A stretch of 64,000 nucleotides of DNA from NCBI GenBank assembly GCA_963702095.1, contig OY969706.1:512001-576000 (forward strand). Direction: 5' to 3'. Below, piece after piece: positions 9,884 to 19,634 of this stretch (the first letter of the stretch is position 1; each line of letters opens with the position of its first letter). Below the pieces are notes generated by a model. It ran no database searches. It saw only the letters and a program-made list of their open reading frames with translations, and was not told where the DNA came from. This DNA comes from Candidatus Bathyarchaeota archaeon. Its GTDB lineage: Archaea > Thermoproteota > Bathyarchaeia > Bathyarchaeales > Bathycorpusculaceae. The translations under genes were made by a program, and so were the position numbers.

Positions 9884-11104
9884 TTGAGCAGCATCCGCCA
9901 AACACTATCCGCTGCAACCCACAAAATTGCTTCTCTCCGCCTACGCTACAAGCTACTGCTCATAGCCCTCGTCGCATTCAGCATCTATTTCCTCTCTAAA
10001 GGTCCTCCGCCGGGTCAGAACCACTTTGTCTACTTAGCCGACGCGTTTCTCCATGGCAGACTCGGCGTTACAGGCGGCGGAACCAGCTTAGCAGAGATTG
10101 TTCCCTTCAACGGCAACTACTACGTCGTTTACCCGCCGATGCCCGCCATTTTGCTTATGCCCCTAGTCGCATTATTCGGCACAACCGTCGATCAAGCCCT
10201 ATTTTCGGTTGTCATAGCCAGCCTCTGCGTGTCGGCAACATGGCTTATGCTCAAAAAAACAGGTGCCAACAGCAACAAGGCGCTGTGGTTGACGGCGCTG
10301 TTTGGCTTCGGCACCTGCTTCTGGTTCATCGCCGCCGTAGGCTCCGCATGGTACATTGAGCATGTGGTTGCAGTTTTGTTCCTTACTTCCGCGATTGTTC
10401 TGTCACTGTTTAAGAAGAACAATTTCGCAGTTGGGCTGCTGCTTGGTTGCGCTGCACTTGCACGGTTACCGGTAGTTTTGGCTTTTCCATTCTTTTTATT
10501 GATGATTTACGACCAACAGGATGCTTGGAAACCCCGCTTCAGGCAGGCGCTGCTTTTCTTTGCTGGACTCGCCATCCCTGTCGGCTTAAACGCCCTCTAC
10601 GACTATGTACGCTACCACGTCTTCACCAACATAGGCTACTACCTGATTCCAGGCATCCAAACCGACCCCTACTTCCAACAGGGCATCTTCAACATAAGCT
10701 ACATTCCACGCCACATCTACGCCATATTCTTCCAAGGACCCATCCAACTCCCCAATTTTCCATGGTTTGAGCCGTCATGGATGGGGCTCGCTTTGCTCTT
10801 CACCACACCCGCTTTCCTCTACATTTTCATAGGCCCCTTCAAGGGCGGCTGGCACAGTTTAAGCAAAAAAGCTGCCCTGGCAGTCTTATGCATCTTGCCC
10901 CCAATCATCACTCATGGCACTGTGGGCTTCACCCAGTTCGGTTACCGCTTCAGCCTCGACTTTACGCCGTTTTTGATGTTGCTTGTGGCGGCGGGGATGC
11001 GGGAGAATTTGGGGTGGACAGAGAAGGCGCTGATTGTTCTTAGTGTGTTGGTTAACTTGTGGGGTGTAGTTTCGATTATTGGGTTTAACTTTGTCAGTTT
11101 TTAA
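9884..11104 (+). CDS. Polytopic membrane protein, GT-C-type glycosyltransferase-like
   Basis: ~10 TMs; YYVVYPPMPAILLMP, LARLP and QFGYRFSLDF motifs. Confidence 0.6.
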   Translation: MSSIRQTLSAATHKIASLRLRYKLLLIALVAFSIYFLSKGPPPGQNHFVYLADAFLHGRLGVTGGGTSLAEIVPFNGNYYVVYPPMPAILLMPLVALFGTTVDQALFSVVIASLCVSATWLMLKKTGANSNKALWLTALFGFGTCFWFIAAVGSAWYIEHVVAVLFLTSAIVLSLFKKNNFAVGLLLGCAALARLPVVLAFPFFLLMIYDQQDAWKPRFRQALLFFAGLAIPVGLNALYDYVRYHVFTNIGYYLIPGIQTDPYFQQGIFNISYIPRHIYAIFFQGPIQLPNFPWFEPSWMGLALLFTTPAFLYIFIGPFKGGWHSLSKKAALAVLCILPPIITHGTVGFTQFGYRFSLDFTPFLMLLVAAGMRENLGWTEKALIVLSVLVNLWGVVSIIGFNFVSF

Positions 11105-11253
11105 CTAAACACTAAGTCGCTTGGCTCGGCTATTAATCGACGAATGATTAATTAGGGGTTAATTTGGGTAGAAATCTGTGCATTTATGGGCTGAATTTTG
11201 AAAAATTGTTTAATAAACGATTGACCACCTGACATTTGATAAGGAGGTGTAAC

Positions 11254-11799
11254 ATGAACCGAAAAACAATCGCAGTAAGCCTCATGGCGCTGACAACTCT
11301 GGCAGCAATCATGGGCGCATTCGCAATGACCTCAACATTTGCAGCAGCAAACACAACCACCGACACAACCAGTACACCAGCAGCGTCAGTGACGACACAG
11401 GATTCAAGCGGCAATCAAGCGATGTTCAGCGGAAACATGATGATGGACAACCAAGGATTCGGCAGTATGCAAGGCGGACGCGGACACGGATGCATGAACG
11501 GCATGGGCGCAATGAGCAACCTTGAAGTCAGCTCAGAATACAACGCAACAGTCAACAGTATACTCACCAGCGATACAGACGTACAGACCCTGCTCAACCA
11601 AGGCTACAGTGTAACAGCAATTCAACCCATAGTTCACAACATCGTCGAAGGAGACGGAACCATCGCAACCAAAGCAACCACCGCAACAGTGCTACTCGAG
11701 AACGGAACCTCAGGCTACTCAATCGTTAACGTCGACATCGCCAACGCAAAAGTCACACAGATAACTACCACAACCGTAATCGACAAAAGCAGCAGCTAA
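11254..11799 (+). CDS. Secreted hypothetical protein
   Basis: GGAGGTG SD before ATG 11254; signal peptide; Thr-rich and Gly/Met-rich segments. Confidence 0.75.
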   Translation: MNRKTIAVSLMALTTLAAIMGAFAMTSTFAAANTTTDTTSTPAASVTTQDSSGNQAMFSGNMMMDNQGFGSMQGGRGHGCMNGMGAMSNLEVSSEYNATVNSILTSDTDVQTLLNQGYSVTAIQPIVHNIVEGDGTIATKATTATVLLENGTSGYSIVNVDIANAKVTQITTTTVIDKSSS

Positions 11800-11994
11800 A
11801 CCACTATGCAATCCAACACAGCAGACACAAAGAAACCGCATCCATATTCCACCTTTCTATATCCCATTGAAGCAGCGCTGAAAGGGCACTGGAGAAAAAA
11901 CTTGTTTTCTGCCTCTTAACCTTCTCCTTTCTCTTATTGCGTTTCCAGCGTCCCAGCAATCTCGCTTTATAGATGAAATGTTTTTTGGTTTTTT

Positions 11995-12118
11995 TAGTTT
12001 AAGATGAGGGTAGAGTCGTCTTTGCTCATCTTCTTCCTGTGGGTTTTGCTGGCGGTTGCTTTTTGGGTTCTACAGTGGGTATGGGGTGCTGGCTGGTTGT
12101 GGACAAATCCTCAAGCAG
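11995..12118 (+). repeat. 124-bp dispersed repeat, copy A (inverted copy at 49541-49664)
   Basis: 123/124 identical to the reverse complement of 49541-49664; internal AAGATGAG/CTCATCTT hairpin. Confidence 0.95.
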
Positions 12119-12174
12119 ACCGACCCTTTTAATCTATTTAAAAGCAAAAGTCAAAACAAAATTTTGATCTGCTC

Positions 12175-12831
12175 TTAACTGGGAGCGTAATTTGAAGTTA
12201 CATCAACAGCCGAACCGTCTTCAAAAGCGTAGACCCTAACTGTTGAGCCTAAGCCGCTGCCCCAACCCCAGTTCGAGTTCTGATACCGCGACGGATCATC
12301 CCACACTTTGTCCGAGGGGTCCACGTGTACCCATTTGCCGTTGTAGTAGTCTTCCGCCCAAACATGGATGTAGTTCCAAGTCGACTGTGTGGTGTCCACT
12401 GCGGCGACCAGTCGGCTCTGGTAACCCAATGAGAGGCAAGCAGAAACATACACGATGCTCCACTGTACACAGATGCCTTGTTTGCTGTTTAGGATTTGGC
12501 TGGGAGTCTCATACCATGTGGTGTCCTGTTTGAAGGTTAATTGGCTTGATTCCCACGTGAAAAGGTCGGTTTGATTGTAGTTGGGGTTTAGCAGCGCAGC
12601 CATCTGTGACTTGGTTTCGGTAGAGTTCAAGTTGTGCATGATGTCCATGTAGTGGACAGCTAAGTCTTTGAGCCCCGAGGGCACATTATCGGGTACAATG
12701 TTAACTTGACCTTTAGGAACCGCCAAGTATGCAACCGATGAAACCACAACAACAAGCAACACCGCCATCACAGGCATCAACCATCGGCGACGCTGCTTCT
12801 TTTTTGCAGGCGCTTTTCTCTTTGAACCCAT
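12175..12831 (-). CDS. Membrane-anchored transglutaminase-like protein (PNGase-like core)
   Basis: Basic N-terminus and TM; GICVQWS...HVWAE...WVHVDPS Cys-His-Asp triad; probable ATG at 12831. Confidence 0.8.
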   Translation of the reverse strand: MGSKRKAPAKKKQRRRWLMPVMAVLLVVVVSSVAYLAVPKGQVNIVPDNVPSGLKDLAVHYMDIMHNLNSTETKSQMAALLNPNYNQTDLFTWESSQLTFKQDTTWYETPSQILNSKQGICVQWSIVYVSACLSLGYQSRLVAAVDTTQSTWNYIHVWAEDYYNGKWVHVDPSDKVWDDPSRYQNSNWGWGSGLGSTVRVYAFEDGSAVDVTSNYAPS

Positions 12832-12940
12832 AGGGATTAAATTGCCCGCCTCAACATAAAAGCCTACGCGTTTGTAGCAGTTCTTAACCGACAACATACT
12901 TTTATCTCCATGTCCGCGCATAGCCCATAGGTGATTTTTA

Positions 12941-15331
12941 ACGTCAGCCAAAAACCCGACGAAAAAACCTAATCATAATAATCAAGTCCCAGACATACAA
13001 CGCTCCGTTCTGCCAATACCTGATCAACCCTACAAAGGACTCATCGTCTACGACGCAAAAGATCCTGACGCCAAATTCGCGCCAATCCAACCGATCCACC
13101 CGCCAAAAAACGCTCCAAACATTCTCCTTGTTCTCCTCGACGACGTAGGCTTCGGCGCTTCCAGCGCTTTTGGCGGCCCAATCCATACCCCCGTAGCTGA
13201 AGCCCTAGCCACTGACGGATTACGCTACACCCGCTTCCACACCACCGCATTATGCTCCCCCACCCGCGCCGCTTTGCTCACAGGCAGAAACCACCACACC
13301 GTGGGCATGGGTGGAATAACAGAAATCGCCACTTCAGCCCCAGGCAACACTTCGATGCGCCCCAACTATTGTGCGCCATTGGCAAAAGTTCTAAAATACA
13401 ACGGCTACTCCACCGCGCACTTCGGCAAATGCCACGAAGTCCCCGTCTGGGAAACGGGACCCGTGGGACCGTTTGAGCATTGGCCCACCTTTTCAGGCTT
13501 CGAAAAATTCTACGGTTTCGTCGCCGGCGAAACAAACCAGTGGTACCCCGAAGTCTACGATGGCAGAGCCCGAGTGGCCATACCAAACGACCCCAACTAC
13601 CATTTCCTCGTAGACATGACTGACCAAGCTATCAACTGGATTCGCACACAGAAAGCCATAGCGCCCGAGAAACCATTCTTCGCCTACTTTGCCCCCGGAG
13701 CAACCCATGCTCCCCATCATGTGCCTAAAGAGTGGGCGGACAAGTACAAGGGCAAATTCGACGACGGCTGGGATAAACTGCGGGAACGCACCTTCGAGCG
13801 GCAGAAGCAAATAGGCGTCGTATCTAAAGATGCAAAATTAACCAAGCGGCATAAGGAAATTCCCAGTTGGGATGAAATGCCTGAAGCTCTCAAGCCGGTG
13901 TTGAGGAGGGAAATGGAGGTTTACGCTGGTTTTCTGGAGTTCACCGATTACCATGTTGGGCGACTTCTTGACTCTCTAAAGGACCTCGGAATTTTAGATG
14001 ACACATTGGTGTTCTACATTATCGGCGACAACGGCGCATCCGCAGAAGGCACCCTCAACGGCACCTTCAACGAAATGACCAACTTCAACGGCGCCGCCGC
14101 CTTGGAGACCCCCCAGTATTTGATGGCGCATCTCGACGAGTTCGGCGGACGCAACTCCTACAACCACTATGCTGTGGGCTGGGCACATGCCATGTGCTGC
14201 CCCTACCAATGGACTAAGCAAGTGGCTTCGCATTTCGGCGGCACAAGAAACGGCATGATAATTCATTGGCCCCAAGGAATACGCGCCAAAGGTGAACTCC
14301 GCAATCAATTCCACCATGTAATCGACATCGCCCCAACCATACTGGAAATCGCAGGGGTACCCGAACCACTGTTTGTGGAAGGCGTGCAGCAACGGCCGAT
14401 GGAGGGCATAAGCATGGCCTATGACTTCGACGACCCCGCAGCCCCTGATCTGCATGACGTACAGTACTTTGAGATGTTTGGCAACCGCGGTATCTACTAC
14501 AAAGGCTGGACAGCAGTCACCAAACACCGCACACCTTGGCTGCTGGTTGGGCAAAAAACCGTTGCCTTCGACGATGACAACTGGGAACTCTATGACACCA
14601 CCAAAGACTGGACCCAAGCCGACGACCTCTCCAAAAAATACCCTGAGAAGCTTCATGTTCTGCAGCGGCAATGGCTCATCGAAGCGACACGTTACAATGT
14701 GCTGCCGATGGATGACCGAGCCATAGAACGGTTTAACGCAGAAACGGCGGGGCGACCAAGAATAGTTCAGGGGAACACGCAGTTTCTGTATCCGGGAATG
14801 GTGTTGACTGAAGCCTCTGTTTTGAGCATCAAAAACAAGTCCCATTCAATCACTGCTGAAATCGAGGTGCCCTCTGCAGGCGCTGAAGGCGTCATAGTAG
14901 GACAGGGAGCAAACTTTGGCGGTTGGGCATTGTACATGCATGGCGGACGACTCAAATACATCTACAATTTCCTTGGACTCTCCATCTACACGGTTGAAGC
15001 TCCAAGCGTGCTATCAGGCGGCAAACACGAGGTAAGTATGGAGTTCAAGTATGACGGCGGCGGACTTGGCAAAGGCGGCGCGGTTACACTGTTGATTGAT
15101 GGCGTAAAGGTTGCAGAGGGACATGTGGAGCATACGGTGCCCGTGATTTTCTCGGCTGATTCAACCTGTATGGTCGGCGACAAAATCGGTGCACCCCTCT
15201 CCAGCGACTTCGAGGAATCTGGCAACAAGTTTAACGGAAAAATCAGTTGGGTACGCTTGGAAACAGGCGCAGAGCAAGCTGAGAAGATTAAACCTGAAGA
15301 ATGGGTCAGAGTCCACATGTCAATCCAGTGA
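12941..15331 (+). CDS. Arylsulfatase (Cys-type, formylglycine-dependent) with C-terminal LamG-like domain
   Basis: Frame is open upstream of the tracked TTG 13274 and contains PNILLVLLDDVGFG and ALCSPTRAALLTGRNH (CxPxR); the start must be non-canonical. Confidence 0.9.
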   Translation, partial: TSAKNPTKKPNHNNQVPDIQRSVLPIPDQPYKGLIVYDAKDPDAKFAPIQPIHPPKNAPNILLVLLDDVGFGASSAFGGPIHTPVAEALATDGLRYTRFHTTALCSPTRAALLTGRNHHTVGMGGITEIATSAPGNTSMRPNYCAPLAKVLKYNGYSTAHFGKCHEVPVWETGPVGPFEHWPTFSGFEKFYGFVAGETNQWYPEVYDGRARVAIPNDPNYHFLVDMTDQAINWIRTQKAIAPEKPFFAYFAPGATHAPHHVPKEWADKYKGKFDDGWDKLRERTFERQKQIGVVSKDAKLTKRHKEIPSWDEMPEALKPVLRREMEVYAGFLEFTDYHVGRLLDSLKDLGILDDTLVFYIIGDNGASAEGTLNGTFNEMTNFNGAAALETPQYLMAHLDEFGGRNSYNHYAVGWAHAMCCPYQWTKQVASHFGGTRNGMIIHWPQGIRAKGELRNQFHHVIDIAPTILEIAGVPEPLFVEGVQQRPMEGISMAYDFDDPAAPDLHDVQYFEMFGNRGIYYKGWTAVTKHRTPWLLVGQKTVAFDDDNWELYDTTKDWTQADDLSKKYPEKLHVLQRQWLIEATRYNVLPMDDRAIERFNAETAGRPRIVQGNTQFLYPGMVLTEASVLSIKNKSHSITAEIEVPSAGAEGVIVGQGANFGGWALYMHGGRLKYIYNFLGLSIYTVEAPSVLSGGKHEVSMEFKYDGGGLGKGGAVTLLIDGVKVAEGHVEHTVPVIFSADSTCMVGDKIGAPLSSDFEESGNKFNGKISWVRLETGAEQAEKIKPEEWVRVHMSIQ

Positions 15332-15514
15332 TTTCTGCCATACCCCTTTTTTATTTTTTAATGCCTCTTTTGGCGTTGAGCAATTGCCGGTCAAGGCATT
15401 TAAAACAAGTTTTCGGTCTAACGACCTAGGGTTTAATACTGATTTCAAAAACCCTTCGATGATAACCATACAAATGAAAAAAGGTTGAAAATGGGAAATT
15501 ATTACTATCACAAT

Positions 15515-15763
15515 CTACATTCCCAGAAGCTTCTTTTTAGATTCAGCGAATTCTTGATCTGTAAGTGCGCCTGAAGCATGAAGATCAGCCAGTTTCTTTA
15601 ACTCACCGGAGACATCGTTGGTTGGCGCTGCTGCCGCTGGTGGAGCCTGCTGTGCTTGTTGCGCTTGTGCTGCTTGCTGTTGTTGTGCCTGTTCTTTCTG
15701 CGCTGCTTTCTTTTGCCCCATCTTTGCTCCTGCTGCCAGTGCTACTATTCTTCCTCTTGCCGT
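15515..15763 (-). CDS. Small SHOCT-domain protein
   Basis: Gln/Ala-rich linker then ELKKLADLHASGALTDQEFAESKKKLL; ATG at 15721 or in-frame ACG at 15763. Confidence 0.8.
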   Translation of the reverse strand, partial: TARGRIVALAAGAKMGQKKAAQKEQAQQQQAAQAQQAQQAPPAAAAPTNDVSGELKKLADLHASGALTDQEFAESKKKLLGM

Positions 15764-16321
15764 TTAGATCCCCCCTTTTGTGGTTGATAGCGATCGTTTC
15801 CAGAACCCCTTGAAATAATCCATTGCACCAAGGGTCCCGAATTTTTAGAGTTCAAAACAAATTTCAAAACATCGCCATAAACTATGCTAAAAACAAGTTA
15901 ATACCTCTATGTGGATGCTTCACTACACCTTCAAAGAGTTACTAATGGCATTTTTTTCAAAAGACAAATAATGCATGCTTGGGCTCCTTAGAGTAACCAG
16001 TATTAGCCGCCGAGGAAATAAGTCAAGATTGCAATGGCTAAACCCAAAACAGCATATAACACTCTTTCCCTAACCTTAAACTTCAGGCTTCTACGGTTTC
16101 CGACCAGACTCCAATGATAAACATCAGAATAAGCGCTATAATAACCGCCAAATTCACTAACAGAGAACGTCAAAACATTCCTTAGAAAATGCGAGCGGAA
16201 GAAGAATATGCTTTGTTTTGGTCTTCGCCCTTTGATCTTTCAGGAATTAGGAACGCTACATACAATCTGACCTCACGCTACACTTAAATCGTTGCTTAAA
16301 CTAGGGTTAATGGGTGATTTT

Positions 16322-16609
16322 GTGCCAATCTACATTCTTGTATCCACCTTGACTTCTGAAGGCAGAAAAACCATCAAAGAAAGGCCTGAAAGAATTAAAG
16401 AGGTCAACAGGGAAATCGAGGCTTTCGGCGCTAAAGTTCTTGAGCAATTTGCTGTTTTGGGGCGATACGACTTTGTCAGTATCGTAGAAGCACCCAGCAA
16501 TGATGCAATCACGCGTGTCTCCATTGAACTTGGTTCTCGCGGAACTGTACACATAATGAGCATGCCCGCACAGCCCATCGACGATTTTTTGGCGATACTA
16601 AAGAAATAA
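16322..16609 (+). CDS. GYD-domain protein
   Basis: LTSEGRKTIKERPERI...LGRYDFVSIVEAP...GSRGTV. Confidence 0.85.
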   Translation: MPIYILVSTLTSEGRKTIKERPERIKEVNREIEAFGAKVLEQFAVLGRYDFVSIVEAPSNDAITRVSIELGSRGTVHIMSMPAQPIDDFLAILKK

Positions 16610-16842
16610 CCGAAGAACACATTGAGCTCTCCTTTTCTTTTTTCTATTGTAAACTCTAAAAATGGCTTAAGACCAATCATGCGAGTTCAAGACAATCGGC
16701 TCACCCGTGCATGGCTTCTTTGGTTTAGAAAGAAGAAAAAATTGGTAATTTACATCTTGGAAGTACTTGGGGATAGTTTTATCTGAATAATCTTGCTTTT
16801 GATAATTGTATTCGAATGTAATTTTTGTGATTTGGTTAACCT

Positions 16843-17565
16843 ATGAGTTTTCTATTTGTTGAGACTGTTTTATCCGGCGTATTTGTTGCCTCCGCCTTCC
16901 TCATCGGCGCATGGATAGCAGTTTCAGTTGATTACTCCACACGGGAAAAAGCTCTTTTCGCAGCCTTCGGCGCGGGCATATTTCTTGCCGCAACTATGCT
17001 TCTAATTCAAGAAACCCTCAAATTAGGCAATTTCTTGGATTTGCTTTTAGGGTTCATTTTAGGAGCATTAACCTTTGGCATCGCTCAACACTATTTCAAA
17101 CATGACGAGAACGTAAGTTCGAAACAGCCCAAAGGCAGACTCTCGATTGTAGGAACCATTTTAGACAGTGTCCCTGAAACGATATTCATCGGCGTTATAA
17201 TTGCGCTTCAGGAACCAGGATTATTCGCTGTTGAAGCTGTGCTTTTTATGGGTAACTTGGCAACCACTTTGGAGGGGGCAAAAATAATGCAGAAACAAGG
17301 CTTAAAAAAGAGAATTATTATGAGAGATTGGCTGGTTGACTTTGTCATCGTGGCGGTTGCAGCGCCGATTGGTTATTACCTCGCAAAAAATGTTATCCAA
17401 GAGTTTATAGCGGTGGTTTTGGGGTTTGCAGCTGGAACATTGATTGTTTTTGTTGCGGGGGAACTTATAGCCAGAGCCTACCGTGAATCCACAGGTCACG
17501 CTGAGGACTTTGCCATATCTGTGGGTTTCCTTGTGGGTATTCTGTTACTTTTTGTCCTTGCATAA
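16843..17565 (+). CDS. ZIP-family metal transporter-like membrane protein
   Basis: AFGAGIFLAA, LDSVPETIFIG and GFAAGTLI motifs; multiple TMs. Confidence 0.75.
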   Translation: MSFLFVETVLSGVFVASAFLIGAWIAVSVDYSTREKALFAAFGAGIFLAATMLLIQETLKLGNFLDLLLGFILGALTFGIAQHYFKHDENVSSKQPKGRLSIVGTILDSVPETIFIGVIIALQEPGLFAVEAVLFMGNLATTLEGAKIMQKQGLKKRIIMRDWLVDFVIVAVAAPIGYYLAKNVIQEFIAVVLGFAAGTLIVFVAGELIARAYRESTGHAEDFAISVGFLVGILLLFVLA

Positions 17566-17644
17566 AAGCCAATTTTTCCTTGTAATCCTGTATTTGCAGG
17601 TCTAAAAGCTGAGGATTCGAAATGGAGCGGAAATGGGAATGGAG

Positions 17645-18116
17645 TTACCGTTCCCAGACGCTACTTAAAACAGAAATTCTCCTTTTTAAAATGCGGATTG
17701 GGTTAATTTTGAACCCCAGACCCCTTAACGCACGTGCCCCAGCTACTGCAAACACAACAACAAACATTAGAACCAAAAAATTAAAACTGAAGACAAAAAA
17801 AATCAACCCTCCAAAAATTGGAATTAAATATATTGGGAAGATTGCCGGCATACTCCTGTTGATTTTCTTTGGAAAGGTTCTCATCATTCTTTTTCTTGAA
17901 CCTTGCAGAGATTTGACCATGTCCACTGGGACAGGTGCCGCCAAAATTCTGGCAATATGGACAAACAAACGTAGCCATCCAAAATACGACTACGATTCCA
18001 TATATGATGTAGGCTGCTGTAGAGAGCCAAGCGGTAAATGAAAAATTAAGCGTAACTAAAAAGATGGATGCTCCTAGTAGTATCATTATTGCATAGGGCA
18101 GATTTTCAACAAACAT
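17645..18116 (-). pseudogene. Frameshifted or truncated membrane protein with CPYC motif
   Basis: TMs and CPYCQNFGGTCPSG in one frame continue as PAIFPIYLIPIFGG TMs in another (shift near 17870). Confidence 0.5.
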
Positions 18117-18369
18117 GGCGGAACGGCGAGTTTCCCTTTTGTGGCCGTCTATGCTGGCTTTGCTCTCTATTCTTGCGTCTGAGGTGGCAATTTTAACCAA
18201 TGAAAAGTTATCTATTTCTGGAAAATCAGTTTCAAGACTCATTAACTCAAGCCACCCATCCTTTTTTCAACCTTTTTAGCTTGCACGCTTTATTAAACAT
18301 TCTAGCACGCGTTTGCATTCTTAAAGCCATACTGCAAAACCTGGTTGATTCATTGCTGAGGTTCGGAAA

Positions 18370-18419
18370 ATGGAGTTGAGGATGAGAATTGAACCATATA
18401 GAGCACAACTCTGCAGGCT
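18370..18419 (-). repeat. Decayed copy of the 3' half of tRNA-Cys (old att-like scar)
   Basis: atggagttgaggatgagaattgaac-catatagagcacaactctgcaggct aligns to atggagctggggatgggaattgaacccatatagagca--gctctgcaggct starting at 49196. Confidence 0.85.
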
Positions 18420-18623
18420 GTCTATGATACATAAGAGCCTTGCTTGGCAAGGTTTTTACTATCAATTTTTCTGCTGCTTTTGAAAGCTTATTGTCGTCAG
18501 TTACCGGTATTTTCCCTTTTTCAGATGCGCTTACCGTTGAGTCGTTATTGTCAAAGACAATATAAATCTATAGTGATAAATGTCACAAGTTAAAGATAAG
18601 CAATAACTCAAGCGAGTGGGATA

Positions 18624-19505
18624 ATGGAAACACTGTATAAGTCGATAACACGAAACGATATTAGCCGTTACAAAACAATATGCGAAACATTGATTACGAA
18701 AACACAAGTTGCAAACGATTACACTACACTAAGAATCCTATTTATCGATAATAATTCCCTGCTTGAGGTTTTCCAACAAGAAATCACCCAAGCAATCGGT
18801 GGACACTTCCACGGCAATTTGCCAACTCAGGCTCATGCCTACGCCTCAAAACAAGGTCGAAGCGCTATAGCAATTAACACGGATGATTTGAGGAACAAAA
18901 CAACAGATAATTGCGAGTTTATTATTTTAGAAAAACTTTGTCATTTGTTAGATTATGCCGCAGACGATTTTACTCAAAGCGAACAATTACTTAATTTCCT
19001 TAATGCATACAGCAGAAACGCTGATTCTCATTTTGCATCTGAAGTTACCGAGAACCTTGACCGACATTACAATCATTATTACGTAAACAAACTCGTGCTA
19101 TCCTTTGATGTAGAAAAATGGATTCAATTCAAAGGTGGCTATTACGAAAAAAGCTCAAGAGCCCAATTAAGTCGCTTATTTTCTGAAATCAGGGCAACAA
19201 GACCACCCAAACATTGCCTCGTAGTCATTACGACAGAAATCCTAAAGATGCTCTGTTTTGCACGTGCTGTAGAGAGTTTTTTACTGTACGCAGAACTGCC
19301 AGAGATACAACAACTACAGCAACTAACTGGATGCAAAAACAATACATTCGAAACAATAAGATTTGCAGAGCTGAATGCGAAAGCGATTGATAATACCTAC
19401 CCAAACACAATTGATTACTTTAGACCAAATGATTTTGTCTCTAAGGATAACTTTTTTATCAGAATCAGGCAATTTTTTAATTATCTCCACTTGTTGGGGC
19501 ATTAG
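18624..19505 (+). CDS. Hypothetical protein, AT-rich, between two att-like copies
   Basis: 293-aa ORF; FIILEKLCHLL resembles a degenerate zincin HExxH helix. Confidence 0.65.
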   Translation: METLYKSITRNDISRYKTICETLITKTQVANDYTTLRILFIDNNSLLEVFQQEITQAIGGHFHGNLPTQAHAYASKQGRSAIAINTDDLRNKTTDNCEFIILEKLCHLLDYAADDFTQSEQLLNFLNAYSRNADSHFASEVTENLDRHYNHYYVNKLVLSFDVEKWIQFKGGYYEKSSRAQLSRLFSEIRATRPPKHCLVVITTEILKMLCFARAVESFLLYAELPEIQQLQQLTGCKNNTFETIRFAELNAKAIDNTYPNTIDYFRPNDFVSKDNFFIRIRQFFNYLHLLGH

Positions 19506-19552
19506 AGATTACAAGTTTTGTATTTTATTTGTTTGGAACCAATAATAGAAGT

Positions 19553-19581
19553 ATGGAGCTGGGGATGGGAATTGAACCCAT
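19553..19581. repeat. Left att site: 29-bp direct repeat of the tRNA-Cys 3' end
   Basis: ATGGAGCTGGGGATGGGAATTGAACCCAT identical to 49196-49224. Confidence 0.96.
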
Positions 19582-19634
19582 TCCCGAGTGGAGATATCAC
19601 CCGCATACCCCTCTTTTTTCCAAATTTAGTTAGT

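Noticed and set aside
13994-14845. 283-aa antisense ORF and other long shadow ORFs
   Set aside because: They lie opposite well-supported genes and show no motifs.
15630-15715. Tandem GCT/TGT-type repeats
   Set aside because: Explained by the Gln/Ala-rich linker of the SHOCT protein.
16003-16170. Minus-strand hydrophobic fragments (..VLYAVLGLAIAILTYFLGG*)
   Set aside because: Broken frame and no start; probably a gene remnant, too short to assign.
17622-17641. atggagcggaaatgggaatg resembles the att core
   Set aside because: Too short and too mismatched to separate from chance.
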